Shown: one piece after another, positions 10,967 through 21,515 of the stretch
Position numbering within the stretch: the stretch's first letter is position 1
How the letters are laid out: every line of letters starts with the position of its first letter
Origin: Candidatus Latescibacterota bacterium
GTDB lineage: Bacteria; Latescibacterota; UBA2968; GCA-2709665
Length of the DNA stretch: 64,000 bases
Reading direction: 5' to 3'
NCBI GenBank assembly: GCA_965248435.1
Contig: OZ252100.1
Location: 3,808,001-3,872,000, forward strand
Program-made: the position numbers and the translations under genes
The notes under the pieces: model-generated
Told to the model about the DNA's origin: nothing
Seen by the model: the letters and a program-made list of their open reading frames with translations, nothing else
The model's database searches: none

Positions 10967-12955
10967 TTGGAATCGAACTTTGTACATAGGGAGATGCGTC
11001 CCGATACGGATGCCGATCTAGGGCAGCCTGCTGAACGGGTCACCCCCCGGGCCTTCCTGCTGGGACTGCTCACCATCGCAGGCCTGTGTCTCTTCGCAGA
11101 AAACTACGGCCGAGGCCTGGTGCGGAGCTTCATGCCCGCGACGGCACAGATCATGTTCGTGGTCTGGATCGGGATCTATCTGCTGATGAAGCTCACCCGT
11201 TTCCGGTTCTCCCTGACCCGCACCGAACTGCTGATGATCTTCGGGATGGCATGGCTCGTCGGGACGCTCCCAGGCCTGGGTCTCGTGGGGAAGTTGGTGG
11301 CGGACATCACGGGTCCGGCCTATTTCTCGTCGTCGGAGGACCGGTTCTGGGAGGTGGTGGGGCCCCACATGCCCAACTTCCTCTTCTTCGAGCAGGGGGA
11401 TCCGGCGGTCGATCTGTTCTATCTGGGGCTGAAACCGGGGGAGTCGATCCCCTGGGGCTCGTGGTTTACACGCCTCTACTGGTGGTTTATCGGGACGCTG
11501 GGCCTGGTGATGGCCGGGTTCTTCGGGAGTGTGATCTTCTACAAGCAGTGGGCCGAAAAGGAGCGGCTGGCCTTTCCCCTGGCCCACTTCCCGCTGGAAC
11601 TCCTGAAGGCATCGGAAGGGAGGCGGGTACCCGATATTTTCAGGAACAAGATTTTCTGGATCGGGTTCGCCTGTATGTTCGGCAAGATCTGCTACGACAT
11701 CGCCGGCTATTTCATCCTGGATCTGCCCAAGATTATGGTGATGGAGCATCGCGACTACAACAACATCCCCGTCGCCCGGGACTTTCCGCCGTTCAACGTG
11801 CGCGTGCATCCGTTCCTGATGGGGCTGGCCTACCACTGTCCGCTGAACATCCTGTTCAACTTCTGGTTTTTCTACGTGGTGAACATCGTCAAAGAGGGGA
11901 TGATGAACCGGACAGGGTTCGCCGTGGGACTGGAAGGCCAGCCGGCCACACCGAGGGAGATATTGACTTTGGAGGCACACGGGGCCCTGGTGGTACTCGT
12001 GGTCTGGTCGGTCTGGGTGGCCCGGGGCCACCTGAAGGAGACGTTTCAGAAGGCGTTTATGGGTCTCCGGTCAGAAGACGACGGCGTGCCAGTGACTTAT
12101 CGTGCGGCGTGGCTCGGGTTTCTAGCTTCGGCGGTCTTTATGCTGGGTTGGTTCGTCTCGGTCGGGTTCAACGTGCCCGTGGCGCTGCTTCAGATGGCAC
12201 TGCTTTTTATCATCTATTTCGGTATGGCGAAGTATGCCGCAGCGACCGGTTTCGTGTTTCTGCGGGTTCCCGGCAACAAAGGGGTGTTGATCCTGAAATC
12301 GATCCTGGGAACGGCCGACTTTTCGCCGCGCAACCTGATCGGGATGATGATCGTGGATCGAAACGGGTTCGCCGGGCATCCGATTCGGATGCTTTCGATT
12401 CCGGCCACGGCCCACTTCTTCCGCATGCTGGGGAGTGCCCTCAGGCGCCATCCCTTGATCTTCCTGGCCCTCCCGGTTTCCCTGCTCGTCGGCTATACGG
12501 TGCAATGCTGGGCAAACATCTCCAACGTCCACACCTGGGGCGGGATGAACGTCGGCATGCCGGGTGTCTGGGTGGGGATGCAGAACCAGATTCCCACGAT
12601 CGAGGGGACCGAGCTGACTTATTTTGATTCTGAAAAGCTTTTTGTCTGGGTCTTCGGGGGGATCGAGGCGGTCCTGCTTACCATCCTGGCCTCCCGATAC
12701 ACCACCTGGCCGATCCATCCCCTGGGCCTGGCCTTCCCCACCAATTACGGATTCAGCGCGTTTTTGGTATGGCTGCCGAAATTCATCGTCCTGCGAGTCG
12801 GGGGCGTAAGCCTCTACCGGCGTTCGATTCCGTTCTGGTACGGGATCGTTTTCGGCTACCTGGTAGGGATATGGGCAACCAAGCTGGTGGACATCACGTT
12901 CTTCCCGTTCGTTCGCGCATACGGAACCGCTCACACCGTACACGAGCAGTGGTGA
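10967..12955 (+). CDS. DUF6785/DUF6784-like membrane protein, paralog 2
   Basis: Colinear and highly similar to 8728-10710; WPIHPLG. Confidence 0.6.
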   Translation: MESNFVHREMRPDTDADLGQPAERVTPRAFLLGLLTIAGLCLFAENYGRGLVRSFMPATAQIMFVVWIGIYLLMKLTRFRFSLTRTELLMIFGMAWLVGTLPGLGLVGKLVADITGPAYFSSSEDRFWEVVGPHMPNFLFFEQGDPAVDLFYLGLKPGESIPWGSWFTRLYWWFIGTLGLVMAGFFGSVIFYKQWAEKERLAFPLAHFPLELLKASEGRRVPDIFRNKIFWIGFACMFGKICYDIAGYFILDLPKIMVMEHRDYNNIPVARDFPPFNVRVHPFLMGLAYHCPLNILFNFWFFYVVNIVKEGMMNRTGFAVGLEGQPATPREILTLEAHGALVVLVVWSVWVARGHLKETFQKAFMGLRSEDDGVPVTYRAAWLGFLASAVFMLGWFVSVGFNVPVALLQMALLFIIYFGMAKYAAATGFVFLRVPGNKGVLILKSILGTADFSPRNLIGMMIVDRNGFAGHPIRMLSIPATAHFFRMLGSALRRHPLIFLALPVSLLVGYTVQCWANISNVHTWGGMNVGMPGVWVGMQNQIPTIEGTELTYFDSEKLFVWVFGGIEAVLLTILASRYTTWPIHPLGLAFPTNYGFSAFLVWLPKFIVLRVGGVSLYRRSIPFWYGIVFGYLVGIWATKLVDITFFPFVRAYGTAHTVHEQW

Positions 12956-12998
12956 AATCCTGAGTGACGCATCTTGAATCTTCGAAGAGGAGCATGAC

Positions 12999-14558
12999 AT
13001 GATCAGGATGGACAGTACGATGCTGCACGTCGGGAAGGTGACGAACACCTTCTTCGACAACCTTTTCATCGAACAGATCCAGGACGTGACCCGGACGGTG
13101 CACTCCCCGGAAAAGGTCCCTGGGCCCCTGGTCAAGAAGGACCGACCGTGGGAGGGCGTCCCGTACCTCACGTGCAATACGTGGAACGTGTTTCGCGACG
13201 AGGCTTCCGGCGAATTCAGGTTCTGGTACGAGGACTGGCACTTCGATCCGCAGGATTTCGCGACCCACAGCAGGTCGGATGGCGGGACGGGGCTCCCTCG
13301 CAGCATTCACGGCGATCCCTACAAGAGCCAGATGTGCTATGCCCGGTCTGAAGATGGCTTGAACTGGGAGAAACCGGAACTGGATTACTTTGAGGAGGAC
13401 GGGCGAAAGACGAACGTGGTCTTCGGCGATCCGGGATTCGGGACGGTGCACGCGGCGACGATCCTTGACGACCCGCTCGAGTCGGATCCGGGGAGGCGCT
13501 ACAAGGTGGTCTACGACCGTCGCTTTCCGGGGAGCCAGGGAAAGCAGATCGAGATCGCCTGTTCGGGGGACGGGATCTCGTGGACGCCGTTCGATAAGAC
13601 CCCGAACTGTGGCCGGTTCGGTCCGAACCTGGGCGACGTGTTGATCCTGACCGCGGACGTGGATTCCGGACTCTACTGCCTCACAAGTCGGCATCCCAGG
13701 GCGGGCGGTATCGCGATGCCGGAAGATCGACCCAGCACGAACAGTTTCCTGAGACCGATCTTTCCAGACGATTATTCGCGGATGAACCGCCGCAGGGTGT
13801 TCAAGCTGGTGAGCAGCGACCTGATCAACTGGTCGCTTCCGCAGCTCATTCTCGCACCGGACGATGTGGATGACAATCTGGACGAGACTTTCTATGGCAT
13901 GGCGCCCATGCGGATTGGCGATATCTACGTCGGATTTCTGAATGTGATTCACGAGGTCCGAAACACGCTGGAGGTGCGACTCGTCTTCAGTCGGGACGGA
14001 TGGAACTGGCGCCAGCTGAACCAGCGCCAGCCCTGGCTGGCCCCGAGTCCCGGCTCCTGGGATCGCACGATGGTGAATATTCCGAACGTCCCGGTCACCG
14101 TCGGTGACGAGCTGTTTGTCTACTACGGCGGGGCGAAGAATCACCACGACTGGTGGATCACGGGGCCTCGGGAGGGACTCGACGTTCCTGAGGCGAAGAG
14201 CCTGGACGAGGTCGAATACGGTCTGGGGTTGGCCAAACTGAGGAAGGACGGGTTCGTTTCGCTGGACGCGGGGTCGACGCGAGAAGGCATTTTGATCACG
14301 CGACCGATCCACACGGATGGTGAGCGTCTCGTCCTGAATGCGGCCTGCGGTAAGGGCGGCAGCATCGAGGTGGAGGTTACGGACGCGGCGGACGGCGTGC
14401 TGGCGGGATGCTCTCGGGCGGAGTGTGACACGTTCTCGGGGGACAGCACTCGGGCGACGGTTACGTGGAAGGGGAAATCCGGTATTGCGCATTCTGGTCC
14501 CCTGCGCCTCCGATTCTTTATGCGCAACGCATCTCTGTATTCATTTGCGTTTGAATAG
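12999..14558 (+). CDS. Five-bladed beta-propeller glycoside hydrolase-like protein (GH32/43-like fold)
   Basis: Asp-box-like repeats (SEDGLNW, SGDGISW, SRDGWNW); LRKDGFVSL C-terminal domain. Confidence 0.6.
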   Translation: MIRMDSTMLHVGKVTNTFFDNLFIEQIQDVTRTVHSPEKVPGPLVKKDRPWEGVPYLTCNTWNVFRDEASGEFRFWYEDWHFDPQDFATHSRSDGGTGLPRSIHGDPYKSQMCYARSEDGLNWEKPELDYFEEDGRKTNVVFGDPGFGTVHAATILDDPLESDPGRRYKVVYDRRFPGSQGKQIEIACSGDGISWTPFDKTPNCGRFGPNLGDVLILTADVDSGLYCLTSRHPRAGGIAMPEDRPSTNSFLRPIFPDDYSRMNRRRVFKLVSSDLINWSLPQLILAPDDVDDNLDETFYGMAPMRIGDIYVGFLNVIHEVRNTLEVRLVFSRDGWNWRQLNQRQPWLAPSPGSWDRTMVNIPNVPVTVGDELFVYYGGAKNHHDWWITGPREGLDVPEAKSLDEVEYGLGLAKLRKDGFVSLDAGSTREGILITRPIHTDGERLVLNAACGKGGSIEVEVTDAADGVLAGCSRAECDTFSGDSTRATVTWKGKSGIAHSGPLRLRFFMRNASLYSFAFE

Positions 14559-14701
14559 AAGATAGCAACCCGCGGAATAGAACGGGTACCGGGAAAGCAA
14601 AACACGGGTACCGGGGATCGGGAAAATCAAAAACCAAGAAACACCGCAGAGGCCTGCTCCGGACACTGATCCAGGGCGCAGAGGACGCGGAGAGAATTGC
14701 T

Positions 14702-15397
14702 ATGGGAAAGCTTTGGAACAGCGATGAGGAGCTCTTCGAGCTCGCGCGAAAGGAACTGTTTACGGCCGTCGTGGGGGACGTGATGGACAAGATGGGACTG
14801 ATGCACCAGTTCCTCCCTCCACAGATCCAGCCCCTGGACCCCAGCATGGTGACCGTGGGACGCGCGATGACGGTGCTGGAGGAGGACCGTTCCGGGGAAC
14901 TCCCCGACAGCGAGGCAGATGCGGTTGTGGCTAGACCGTTTGGCCTGATGCTAGAAGCGCTCGATGATCTGAAGCCGAATGAGATCTACGTCTGCGCGGG
15001 CGCCTCTCCCCGCTATGCCCTCTGGGGTGAGCTGATGAGTACACGGGCAATGAAACTTGGCAGCGTCGGGGCTGTGGTGGATGGGTACACGAGAGATTCC
15101 GCGGGGATCCTGGCACTCGGGTTCCCGATGTTTTCCTACGGGGCCTACGCCCAGGACCAGGCGCCCCGGGGAAGGGTGATTGATTTTCGGGTCCCGATCT
15201 CGATGGGAGAAGCGGCCATCGAACCGGGGGACATCCTGTTCGGAGACCGGGACGGGGTGTGCGTGATCCCCAGGCAGGCCGAGGAGGAGGCGTTCAACCG
15301 GGCCCTGGAAAAGGCGAGAGGGGAGAAGCTGGTGAAGAAGGCGATCGAGGGGGGGATGGGCGCGGTGGAGGCGTTCGAGAAGTACGGAATCATGTAG
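14702..15397 (+). CDS. RraA family / HMG aldolase-like protein
   Basis: ALWGELMS, VVDGYTRD, PGDILFGDRDGVCVIP. Confidence 0.88.
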   Translation: MGKLWNSDEELFELARKELFTAVVGDVMDKMGLMHQFLPPQIQPLDPSMVTVGRAMTVLEEDRSGELPDSEADAVVARPFGLMLEALDDLKPNEIYVCAGASPRYALWGELMSTRAMKLGSVGAVVDGYTRDSAGILALGFPMFSYGAYAQDQAPRGRVIDFRVPISMGEAAIEPGDILFGDRDGVCVIPRQAEEEAFNRALEKARGEKLVKKAIEGGMGAVEAFEKYGIM

Positions 15398-15527
15398 GGC
15401 ATTGCGGATTGCGGATTGGGGATTTCGGATTGAAAAGCGGGATCACGAAAAGGCGCGAAATTCCACGAAAGAAACACGAAGGGATGAGGAAGTGCGTGAG
15501 CAAGGCGAACAGGGCAGGAGAGCAGCC

Positions 15528-15638
15528 ATGAAATATCGTCCCTTCGGACGGACCGGGCTCGAGGTCTCGGCCATCGCAACACCGCCCAACGACGCAGTAG
15601 GGGTGCTGCACTATTCCAAGCCGTTCTCGCTCGGGTAA
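15528..15638 (+). pseudogene. Aldo/keto reductase N-terminal remnant
   Basis: GGAG RBS then MKYRPFGRTGLEVSAI, a typical AKR start, followed by an early stop. Confidence 0.55.
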
Positions 15639-15679
15639 CGAATCGGTTGGTGGGAATTCCTCGGCCGGCGCGGTGATTG

Positions 15680-15721
15680 AGACGCCCCATCGGGGGAGAC
15701 GCCCCACCGGGGCGTCTCTAC
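15680..15721. repeat. GTAG-type REP hairpin (gtagagacgcccc...ggggcgtctc)
   Basis: Palindrome between convergent genes; second copy at 20465-20493. Confidence 0.65.
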
Positions 15722-16875
15722 GGGCGTTGGAAGAGCCTTCTGTCGAGCTTCGTAACGACCTCGTTTCCGTCCTCCGTAATCACGACCGTTTCACTTATCG
15801 CGACTCCATAACGACCGGCATCACGGAGCGAGATCGGCAGGTGAAGGACCATGCCGGGCTCGAAGAGAGTCTGGTCTCCCTTCATCACCCGAACGGGGCA
15901 GTCCGCCCAGGTGGGAGGAAAGCCGAGACCGACGGAATAGGCGAAGGAGTGGTGGAAGATCATCTCCGCGCCGGCCTTCGCGATGGCGGCCTCGCCGATT
16001 TCTGCGGCCTCATCGAAGACTCGCCCGGGCTGCATGGCCTCGATGACGCCGTTGAGCGTCTCCAGGATCGCGTCGGCCATGCGTTTCACCGTCTCGTTCG
16101 GCGGGCCGATGACGACGGCCCGCATCAGGGGGGCGTTGTAGCGGTGGACGCAGCCGCTCAGCTCCAGCAGGATCGTCTCACCTTCTTTCACGCTGACCCG
16201 GCGGTGGTTCCCGTGAGGGATGCCCGCTAGCGCGCCGGCACAGACGACCGGCTGCAGGCACATGTATTCGCTGCCTTCGGATATGAGTGCTTGGTAGGCA
16301 GCAGCCGAAATCTCCTGGTCGCTCGCGCCGGCGTGTGCGGCCTCGACTGCCGCGCCCATGCCCGCGTCGGTGATCGCTGCCGCTTCACGGATGTGGGCGA
16401 CCTCCGCAGGGGATTTCAGGGTCCGGTGTTCCTCGACCAGATTGGCGCAATCCACGATCGTTGCCTCTGGAAAGGCATCCACGATGCGCTGACAGCTCTG
16501 GACCGTCAGGTTTCCGGTGTTCAGCTCCATCCCCAGGCGTTTGTTTCCCAATCCGTATTCATTGAGCATGTCGATGGTGAGGGCGACTGGATCGCCCTGA
16601 GTTTCAAAAGTGAACGTTTTTGTGATCCATGAGCTGACGCGTGCGTTGCCGAGTTCGGAATGCCACAGGATCAGGGCAGGCTCACCTTCGCGTGGCAGGA
16701 GCAGCACGTAATAATCATAGTTGTTGAATGACTGATAGCCGCTCAGGTAGCAGATGTTCGGGAAGTGGTGCACGAGCAGCGCGTCCAGCTGTCGGTCGGC
16801 CATGGACTGCCTGACTCTGGCCACTCGGTCGTTGTACTCCTCCATGCTGAAGGAAAGGTTCGGCGTGATTTCCAT
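15718..16875 (-). CDS. Xaa-Pro peptidase M24 family (creatinase/ectoine hydrolase-like)
   Basis: NICYLSGY, LKSPAEV, RYNAPLMR, SETVVIT. Confidence 0.85.
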   Translation of the reverse strand: MEITPNLSFSMEEYNDRVARVRQSMADRQLDALLVHHFPNICYLSGYQSFNNYDYYVLLLPREGEPALILWHSELGNARVSSWITKTFTFETQGDPVALTIDMLNEYGLGNKRLGMELNTGNLTVQSCQRIVDAFPEATIVDCANLVEEHRTLKSPAEVAHIREAAAITDAGMGAAVEAAHAGASDQEISAAAYQALISEGSEYMCLQPVVCAGALAGIPHGNHRRVSVKEGETILLELSGCVHRYNAPLMRAVVIGPPNETVKRMADAILETLNGVIEAMQPGRVFDEAAEIGEAAIAKAGAEMIFHHSFAYSVGLGFPPTWADCPVRVMKGDQTLFEPGMVLHLPISLRDAGRYGVAISETVVITEDGNEVVTKLDRRLFQRP

Positions 16876-16876
16876 G

Positions 16877-17623
16877 TTAAGTTTCTCTCTCTGTGTTGTT
16901 GTCCACAACCTGGGCCGACGCAAAGAGCGAGCCGACTCCCTGTTTGCGCGGTTCAACCCCCGCCAGCTTCAACGCCTCCCACATTGTTACCTGGTTCGCT
17001 GAGAGTACGGGGCGGTTCAGGTCCCGCTCCAGCACATCCAAGATATCTATTGTGGAGAAGTTTGTACAGCTGACGAAGACGGCATCCGCGCCGTCAAGAG
17101 GAACGCTTTTGACGTACTTCGCGACTTCCTTTGAGGGCACGAGCGCGATGTCGTCACTGTCGAGCTGCATCCCCTTCATCGCGACGACCTCGAAGCCGCT
17201 TGCTTCCAGGAATGTCTTCAGCTTGTCGTTGATCTCGTCCAGGTAAGGCGTGACGACCGCGACTCGCTTCGCGTTTATGGAGCGTAAAGCCTTGACGGCC
17301 GCGGTAGAAGTGGTGGTGGCCGACACGCCGGTCGCCTTCTCGATCCTCTGAATGATGTCCTTGTCTCCCCCCACGCCCCGGACGAAGCTGAACGTCGTAC
17401 AGGCATAGGCGATGCTGCTGAGCCCGATTCTGTCGTATTGCCTTGCTGTCTCCTCGATGTCTGGGGTTTCAGCAAGTTCTATGGCGACCTTGACCGTATC
17501 GTCTCCCCGATGGACCGGGGTCCGGTTCATGAACACGCCGACGTCGTCCGGTACGAACGCCCAGTATTCGTGGTCCAGCAGGCCGTTGCCCGGATAGATT
17601 ACACCGATTCTTGCGCGCCACAC
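16877..17623 (-). CDS. Maleate cis-trans isomerase / Asp-Glu racemase family
   Basis: YACT, VTPY, FVSCTN, PVLSANQ. Confidence 0.88.
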   Translation of the reverse strand: MWRARIGVIYPGNGLLDHEYWAFVPDDVGVFMNRTPVHRGDDTVKVAIELAETPDIEETARQYDRIGLSSIAYACTTFSFVRGVGGDKDIIQRIEKATGVSATTTSTAAVKALRSINAKRVAVVTPYLDEINDKLKTFLEASGFEVVAMKGMQLDSDDIALVPSKEVAKYVKSVPLDGADAVFVSCTNFSTIDILDVLERDLNRPVLSANQVTMWEALKLAGVEPRKQGVGSLFASAQVVDNNTERET

Positions 17624-17633
17624 GTTCTTGCTC

Positions 17634-18716
17634 CTAAGCGGTCTGCCGAAGGTGCACGGGCAAACCTGTCTGACTGGATTCTAAGATCGATTCAGCGACT
17701 TCTATCGCCGCGAGGCCATCCAAAGCGGTGCAGATCGGCTGCGTGCCATTTCGTATGCAATCGAAGAAGTGGCTATGCTCCGAAGAAAACGCCTCAGAGT
17801 TGAACCCCCAATCCTCTTCCCATTCCCACTGCTGGACCGGAGTGAAGTCCGGATTTGTGTTCTCGTAAAGGGATAGCAGGCGACGCCCTTCCGGATCGGG
17901 GAAATGGAGGGATCCTTTCGGACCGATCACATCCAACGTGGGGCGGACGTGCCGACCGATGCGCCCGGGCTTCCAACCCATACCCGGTGCAGCCCAGGAC
18001 TCCGACCAGACGGCCTGATCACCTGAGGCAAAGTCCAGGATGGCAATGAGCGTATCGTCTGCGGTCGTGGGATCCGGCTTGAGGTGCCGCATCGACGCGT
18101 AGACTTTCTGCACCGGGCCAAACACTGAGTTGACGAAGTCGAGCCAGTGCGTGTGCTCATACAACACACCTCCACCTTGTTCCGCGTCGTGTATGGCCGG
18201 ACTGGGCGAGCCTTTGCAGAGCGCCCAGACATCGCGGAAAAAGACGGGACGACCCACCCGCCCGCTCTGGATCTGATCCCGCAGGTTCAGGGCATCCGGG
18301 GAAAAGCGCATCGTATAACCCAGCAGGAAGGCAGATCCACTTGCTTCGGCGGCCTCGTGGATGGCGCGGCATTCATCGGTGCTCTTTGCCAGGGGTTTCT
18401 CGCAGAAGACGTGCTTCCCGGCCTGCAGCGCCGAAATCGATACCTCGGCGTGCCGGTATGCGGGCGTGAGGACCCAGATCGCCTCGATTTCGGCATCCGA
18501 TACAAGCTCTCGATAGTCAAGGGTCCATCGCCGGATGTCGAACTCAGCTGCGCGCCTTCTGGCGCGCTCCTCCACGAGGTCTGCCACCCCGACCACCTCA
18601 AACCGATCTGAGGGGGTCAGCAAGTTCAGATGGCGCGCTGAAATGTTGCCGCAGCCGACAACCCCCGTCTTGACGGGATTCATCGCGGTCTCCGGGTCAG
18701 GAAGCCTCGTCACCAT
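17634..18716 (-). CDS. Gfo/Idh/MocA oxidoreductase
   Basis: GVVGCG, GKHVFCEKP, GGVLYEHTHWLD. Confidence 0.88.
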   Translation of the reverse strand: MVTRLPDPETAMNPVKTGVVGCGNISARHLNLLTPSDRFEVVGVADLVEERARRRAAEFDIRRWTLDYRELVSDAEIEAIWVLTPAYRHAEVSISALQAGKHVFCEKPLAKSTDECRAIHEAAEASGSAFLLGYTMRFSPDALNLRDQIQSGRVGRPVFFRDVWALCKGSPSPAIHDAEQGGGVLYEHTHWLDFVNSVFGPVQKVYASMRHLKPDPTTADDTLIAILDFASGDQAVWSESWAAPGMGWKPGRIGRHVRPTLDVIGPKGSLHFPDPEGRRLLSLYENTNPDFTPVQQWEWEEDWGFNSEAFSSEHSHFFDCIRNGTQPICTALDGLAAIEVAESILESSQTGLPVHLRQTA

Positions 18717-18915
18717 TTGATGCTTTCCCCTTCAAAATCATCTGGTTAGCGTTGGCGACGGGTAATATCACTTCATCGGGTAAGGCGATCAAGAAAAATC
18801 GGAGACGCGCGGTCGGCCAGAGATTATGTTGTAGGGCAGCCCTCACCCTGCCTCGCCTCGCTCGGCATCCCTCTCCCATAAATGGGAGAGGGAGATACTC
18901 AAGAGAGGATGGATT

Positions 18916-20385
18916 ATGCCGCGCAGACCGAACATTCTGTTTCTGTTGTCAGACCAGCATAGCCCCCACATCGCTGGATTCGCCGGTGACCGGATTGTGG
19001 ACACCTCGGCCCTGGACCGCGTTGCGGAGGAAGGAGTCCGGTTCGACACGGCCTATTGCCAGGCGCCGCTCTGCGGCCCGAGTCGGATGAGCCTGCTCAC
19101 GGGGCAGTGGTCGCCGCTGCGGTGGACGGGATGGGCACACGGGCCCTCACTCACTCCTGAGGTCGAGACGATTCCGGGCTGGCTTGCCAAACAGGGCTAC
19201 GCGACCGCCTCGGTCGGAAAGATGCATTTCGATGACGCGGATCAGTTGCACGGGTTTCAGTATCGTCCGTACGGCGATCTCGTGAAATCGCGGGCCGCGA
19301 CGCATCAGCCCGATCCTCCGGACACGGCAGACGGACGGTGGAACCGCCACTCTCTGGGACGCTTTCCGTTCGCGGGTCCAACGGCCATCCCAGAGAGCTT
19401 GCTCATGGAGAGCGTGACGACGATCGAGTCTCTCGCGTGGCTGTTGGAGTTTGCGGATACAAATCCGGATACCCCCTGGTTTTTCTGCGCTTCCTATTCC
19501 CGCCCGCATTTTCCGCTCACCGCGCCGGGGCGATACATTCGGAAGTATATGGACAGCGACCTGAAGACTCCATCCCTTCCGCCGGGATACCCGGATGATC
19601 TACATCCTCACGATCGGTTTATCGTAGACGACTTCAACCTGTTGAGTTTCTCGGATGAGGAACACCGGTTGGCGGTGGCGGGCTACTACGCCTGCGTGGA
19701 CTATGTGGATGATTGTATGGGCGGTCTGCTGGAAGGCCTCCGTCGAGCTGGATGCTTGGACAATACCTACATCGTCTATACGTCCGACCACGGGGATATG
19801 GCGGGTGAACACGGGCTCTGGTGGAAGCGCACCTACTACGACGCCTCTGCGGGTGTACCGCTGTTGATATCGGGGCCTGGGATTGAAGGGAAACAGGCGG
19901 TGTCCACGCCTGTCGAGCTCGTGGACCTGTTCCCGACCTTCTGCGATTGGGCTGAGGTCGATGCGCCATCAGGCCTGGATGGAGAGAGCCTCGTGTCTCT
20001 CCTCAACGGAAGTCAGGATCGGCGCGAGAAGCGGATCGCCCGATCGGAGCTGATCGCGGATAAGCCAGGCACCGAGTTTCGTATGGTGCGGGACGAGCGA
20101 TGGAAGTACGTGGACTTCCCCGCAGCGCCCCCACGGCTCTACGATATGAAGGCCGATCCTGGCGAGACAAACGACCTGGGGTCTGATCCACCGGGCGATG
20201 CGCCTGTGGATCAGCTTCAAGCCATGCTCGACGAGGAAGGATCCTGGGACGATGTTTTGAAGCGGATCGATGAAGAGCGCGCCCAGCTGAAACGGCACCC
20301 TGTAGAGAGTCAGGGGACGGTTCAGTACCGGCTGTCGGATGGAAGGATAATTGAAGCGGATGAGGCTTTGTACAAAACCGGATAG
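18916..20385 (+). CDS. Formylglycine-dependent sulfatase (choline-sulfatase-like)
   Basis: PNILFLLSDQH, CGPSR, GKMH, SDHG. Confidence 0.9.
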   Translation: MPRRPNILFLLSDQHSPHIAGFAGDRIVDTSALDRVAEEGVRFDTAYCQAPLCGPSRMSLLTGQWSPLRWTGWAHGPSLTPEVETIPGWLAKQGYATASVGKMHFDDADQLHGFQYRPYGDLVKSRAATHQPDPPDTADGRWNRHSLGRFPFAGPTAIPESLLMESVTTIESLAWLLEFADTNPDTPWFFCASYSRPHFPLTAPGRYIRKYMDSDLKTPSLPPGYPDDLHPHDRFIVDDFNLLSFSDEEHRLAVAGYYACVDYVDDCMGGLLEGLRRAGCLDNTYIVYTSDHGDMAGEHGLWWKRTYYDASAGVPLLISGPGIEGKQAVSTPVELVDLFPTFCDWAEVDAPSGLDGESLVSLLNGSQDRREKRIARSELIADKPGTEFRMVRDERWKYVDFPAAPPRLYDMKADPGETNDLGSDPPGDAPVDQLQAMLDEEGSWDDVLKRIDEERAQLKRHPVESQGTVQYRLSDGRIIEADEALYKTG

Positions 20386-20549
20386 GAATGGGTACCGGGG
20401 AGGCAAAACACGGGTACCGGGTACCGTGAAACCCGTCGTTCGTCGATCGTCGTTCGTTGATCGTGTAGAGACGCCCCGTCGGGGCGTCTCTGCGATGATG
20501 GCGGATTGTTACTGGATTGCGGATTTGGGATTTCGGAATAAATCGACAG

Positions 20550-21377
20550 TCAGCTAGCGACTGCCTGATCGCGGAAGCGTTTGAAGAAGGCGACATCCCG
20601 TTTCATCGCAGGCATAAACTCATTATCCGGAACCTTGAACTCGCTGTGAATGGCAAGCGGACCGTCAAACTCGATTCGAGCGAGTTCCGAGAAGACGGCG
20701 GTCCAGTCGACCATTCCTATTCCTGCCTCGACCCAGGCCTTCGAAATCTCGCCGTGTCCATCCTTCTCGGTCCGGGTCAACAGCACGTCTTTCAGACCGA
20801 TGATGCTGAGGTGGCTCTTGACGATCGCGGCTCCGACGGCGAATTCCTCTCCCTCGACGACCAGATGGCCCGCGTCGAGGTAGGCGCCGATGAGACGCGG
20901 ATCGAATCCCTGAATGAGATGCGCCATCATGCCGGCGTTGAGCCCCATGCAGCGGCGACTGTGGTTGTGATAGCAGATCTTGACGTTGTATTTTTCGGCG
21001 AGCGCTGCCCAGCCCTCGAGCGCATCTCTGACCCGGTCCACTTCCTGCCAGTAGTCCTGTTCGGCGGGATCGAACTTGAAATAACCCGGCTTGATCAGCC
21101 TGACGTCAGCGGCATCCATCGCCGATAGCATCGGTTCCGCCGCCGGGTGATCCGGCAGCACCAGGTCGGTCGGTGTGGTGACGAGGGGTACGGAGAGGCC
21201 CTCCTTTCGGAACGTGCTCACGGCTTCGACCAGCTCGGTGGCCGCATTGTCCGGATGGACAGGATGGCCCGGTCTCACGGCCAGGTCGTAGCCATCCAGG
21301 CCGAGTTCGTGCGCCAGAGTGATCAGTTCCTTGACATTCTTGTCCTGTAACATCTTGGAAAACAGGATCAGTTTCAT
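20550..21377 (-). CDS. Sugar phosphate isomerase/epimerase (xylose isomerase-like TIM barrel)
   Basis: YHNH, YLDAGH, LKD, IHSE; start MKLILFSK. Confidence 0.8.
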   Translation of the reverse strand: MKLILFSKMLQDKNVKELITLAHELGLDGYDLAVRPGHPVHPDNAATELVEAVSTFRKEGLSVPLVTTPTDLVLPDHPAAEPMLSAMDAADVRLIKPGYFKFDPAEQDYWQEVDRVRDALEGWAALAEKYNVKICYHNHSRRCMGLNAGMMAHLIQGFDPRLIGAYLDAGHLVVEGEEFAVGAAIVKSHLSIIGLKDVLLTRTEKDGHGEISKAWVEAGIGMVDWTAVFSELARIEFDGPLAIHSEFKVPDNEFMPAMKRDVAFFKRFRDQAVAS

Positions 21378-21515
21378 GGATTCTTTCTCCTGAGAAGGAA
21401 ATCCGGTTTGAGTGACGTCGTGTATTCTAACTTGGTGGCATGAAGATCGCAAGTCTTATCCGCAGTTCCGGACCATCCATAACCGGGGGTCCTTGAGCCA
21501 AGAGAGGAGTGATGA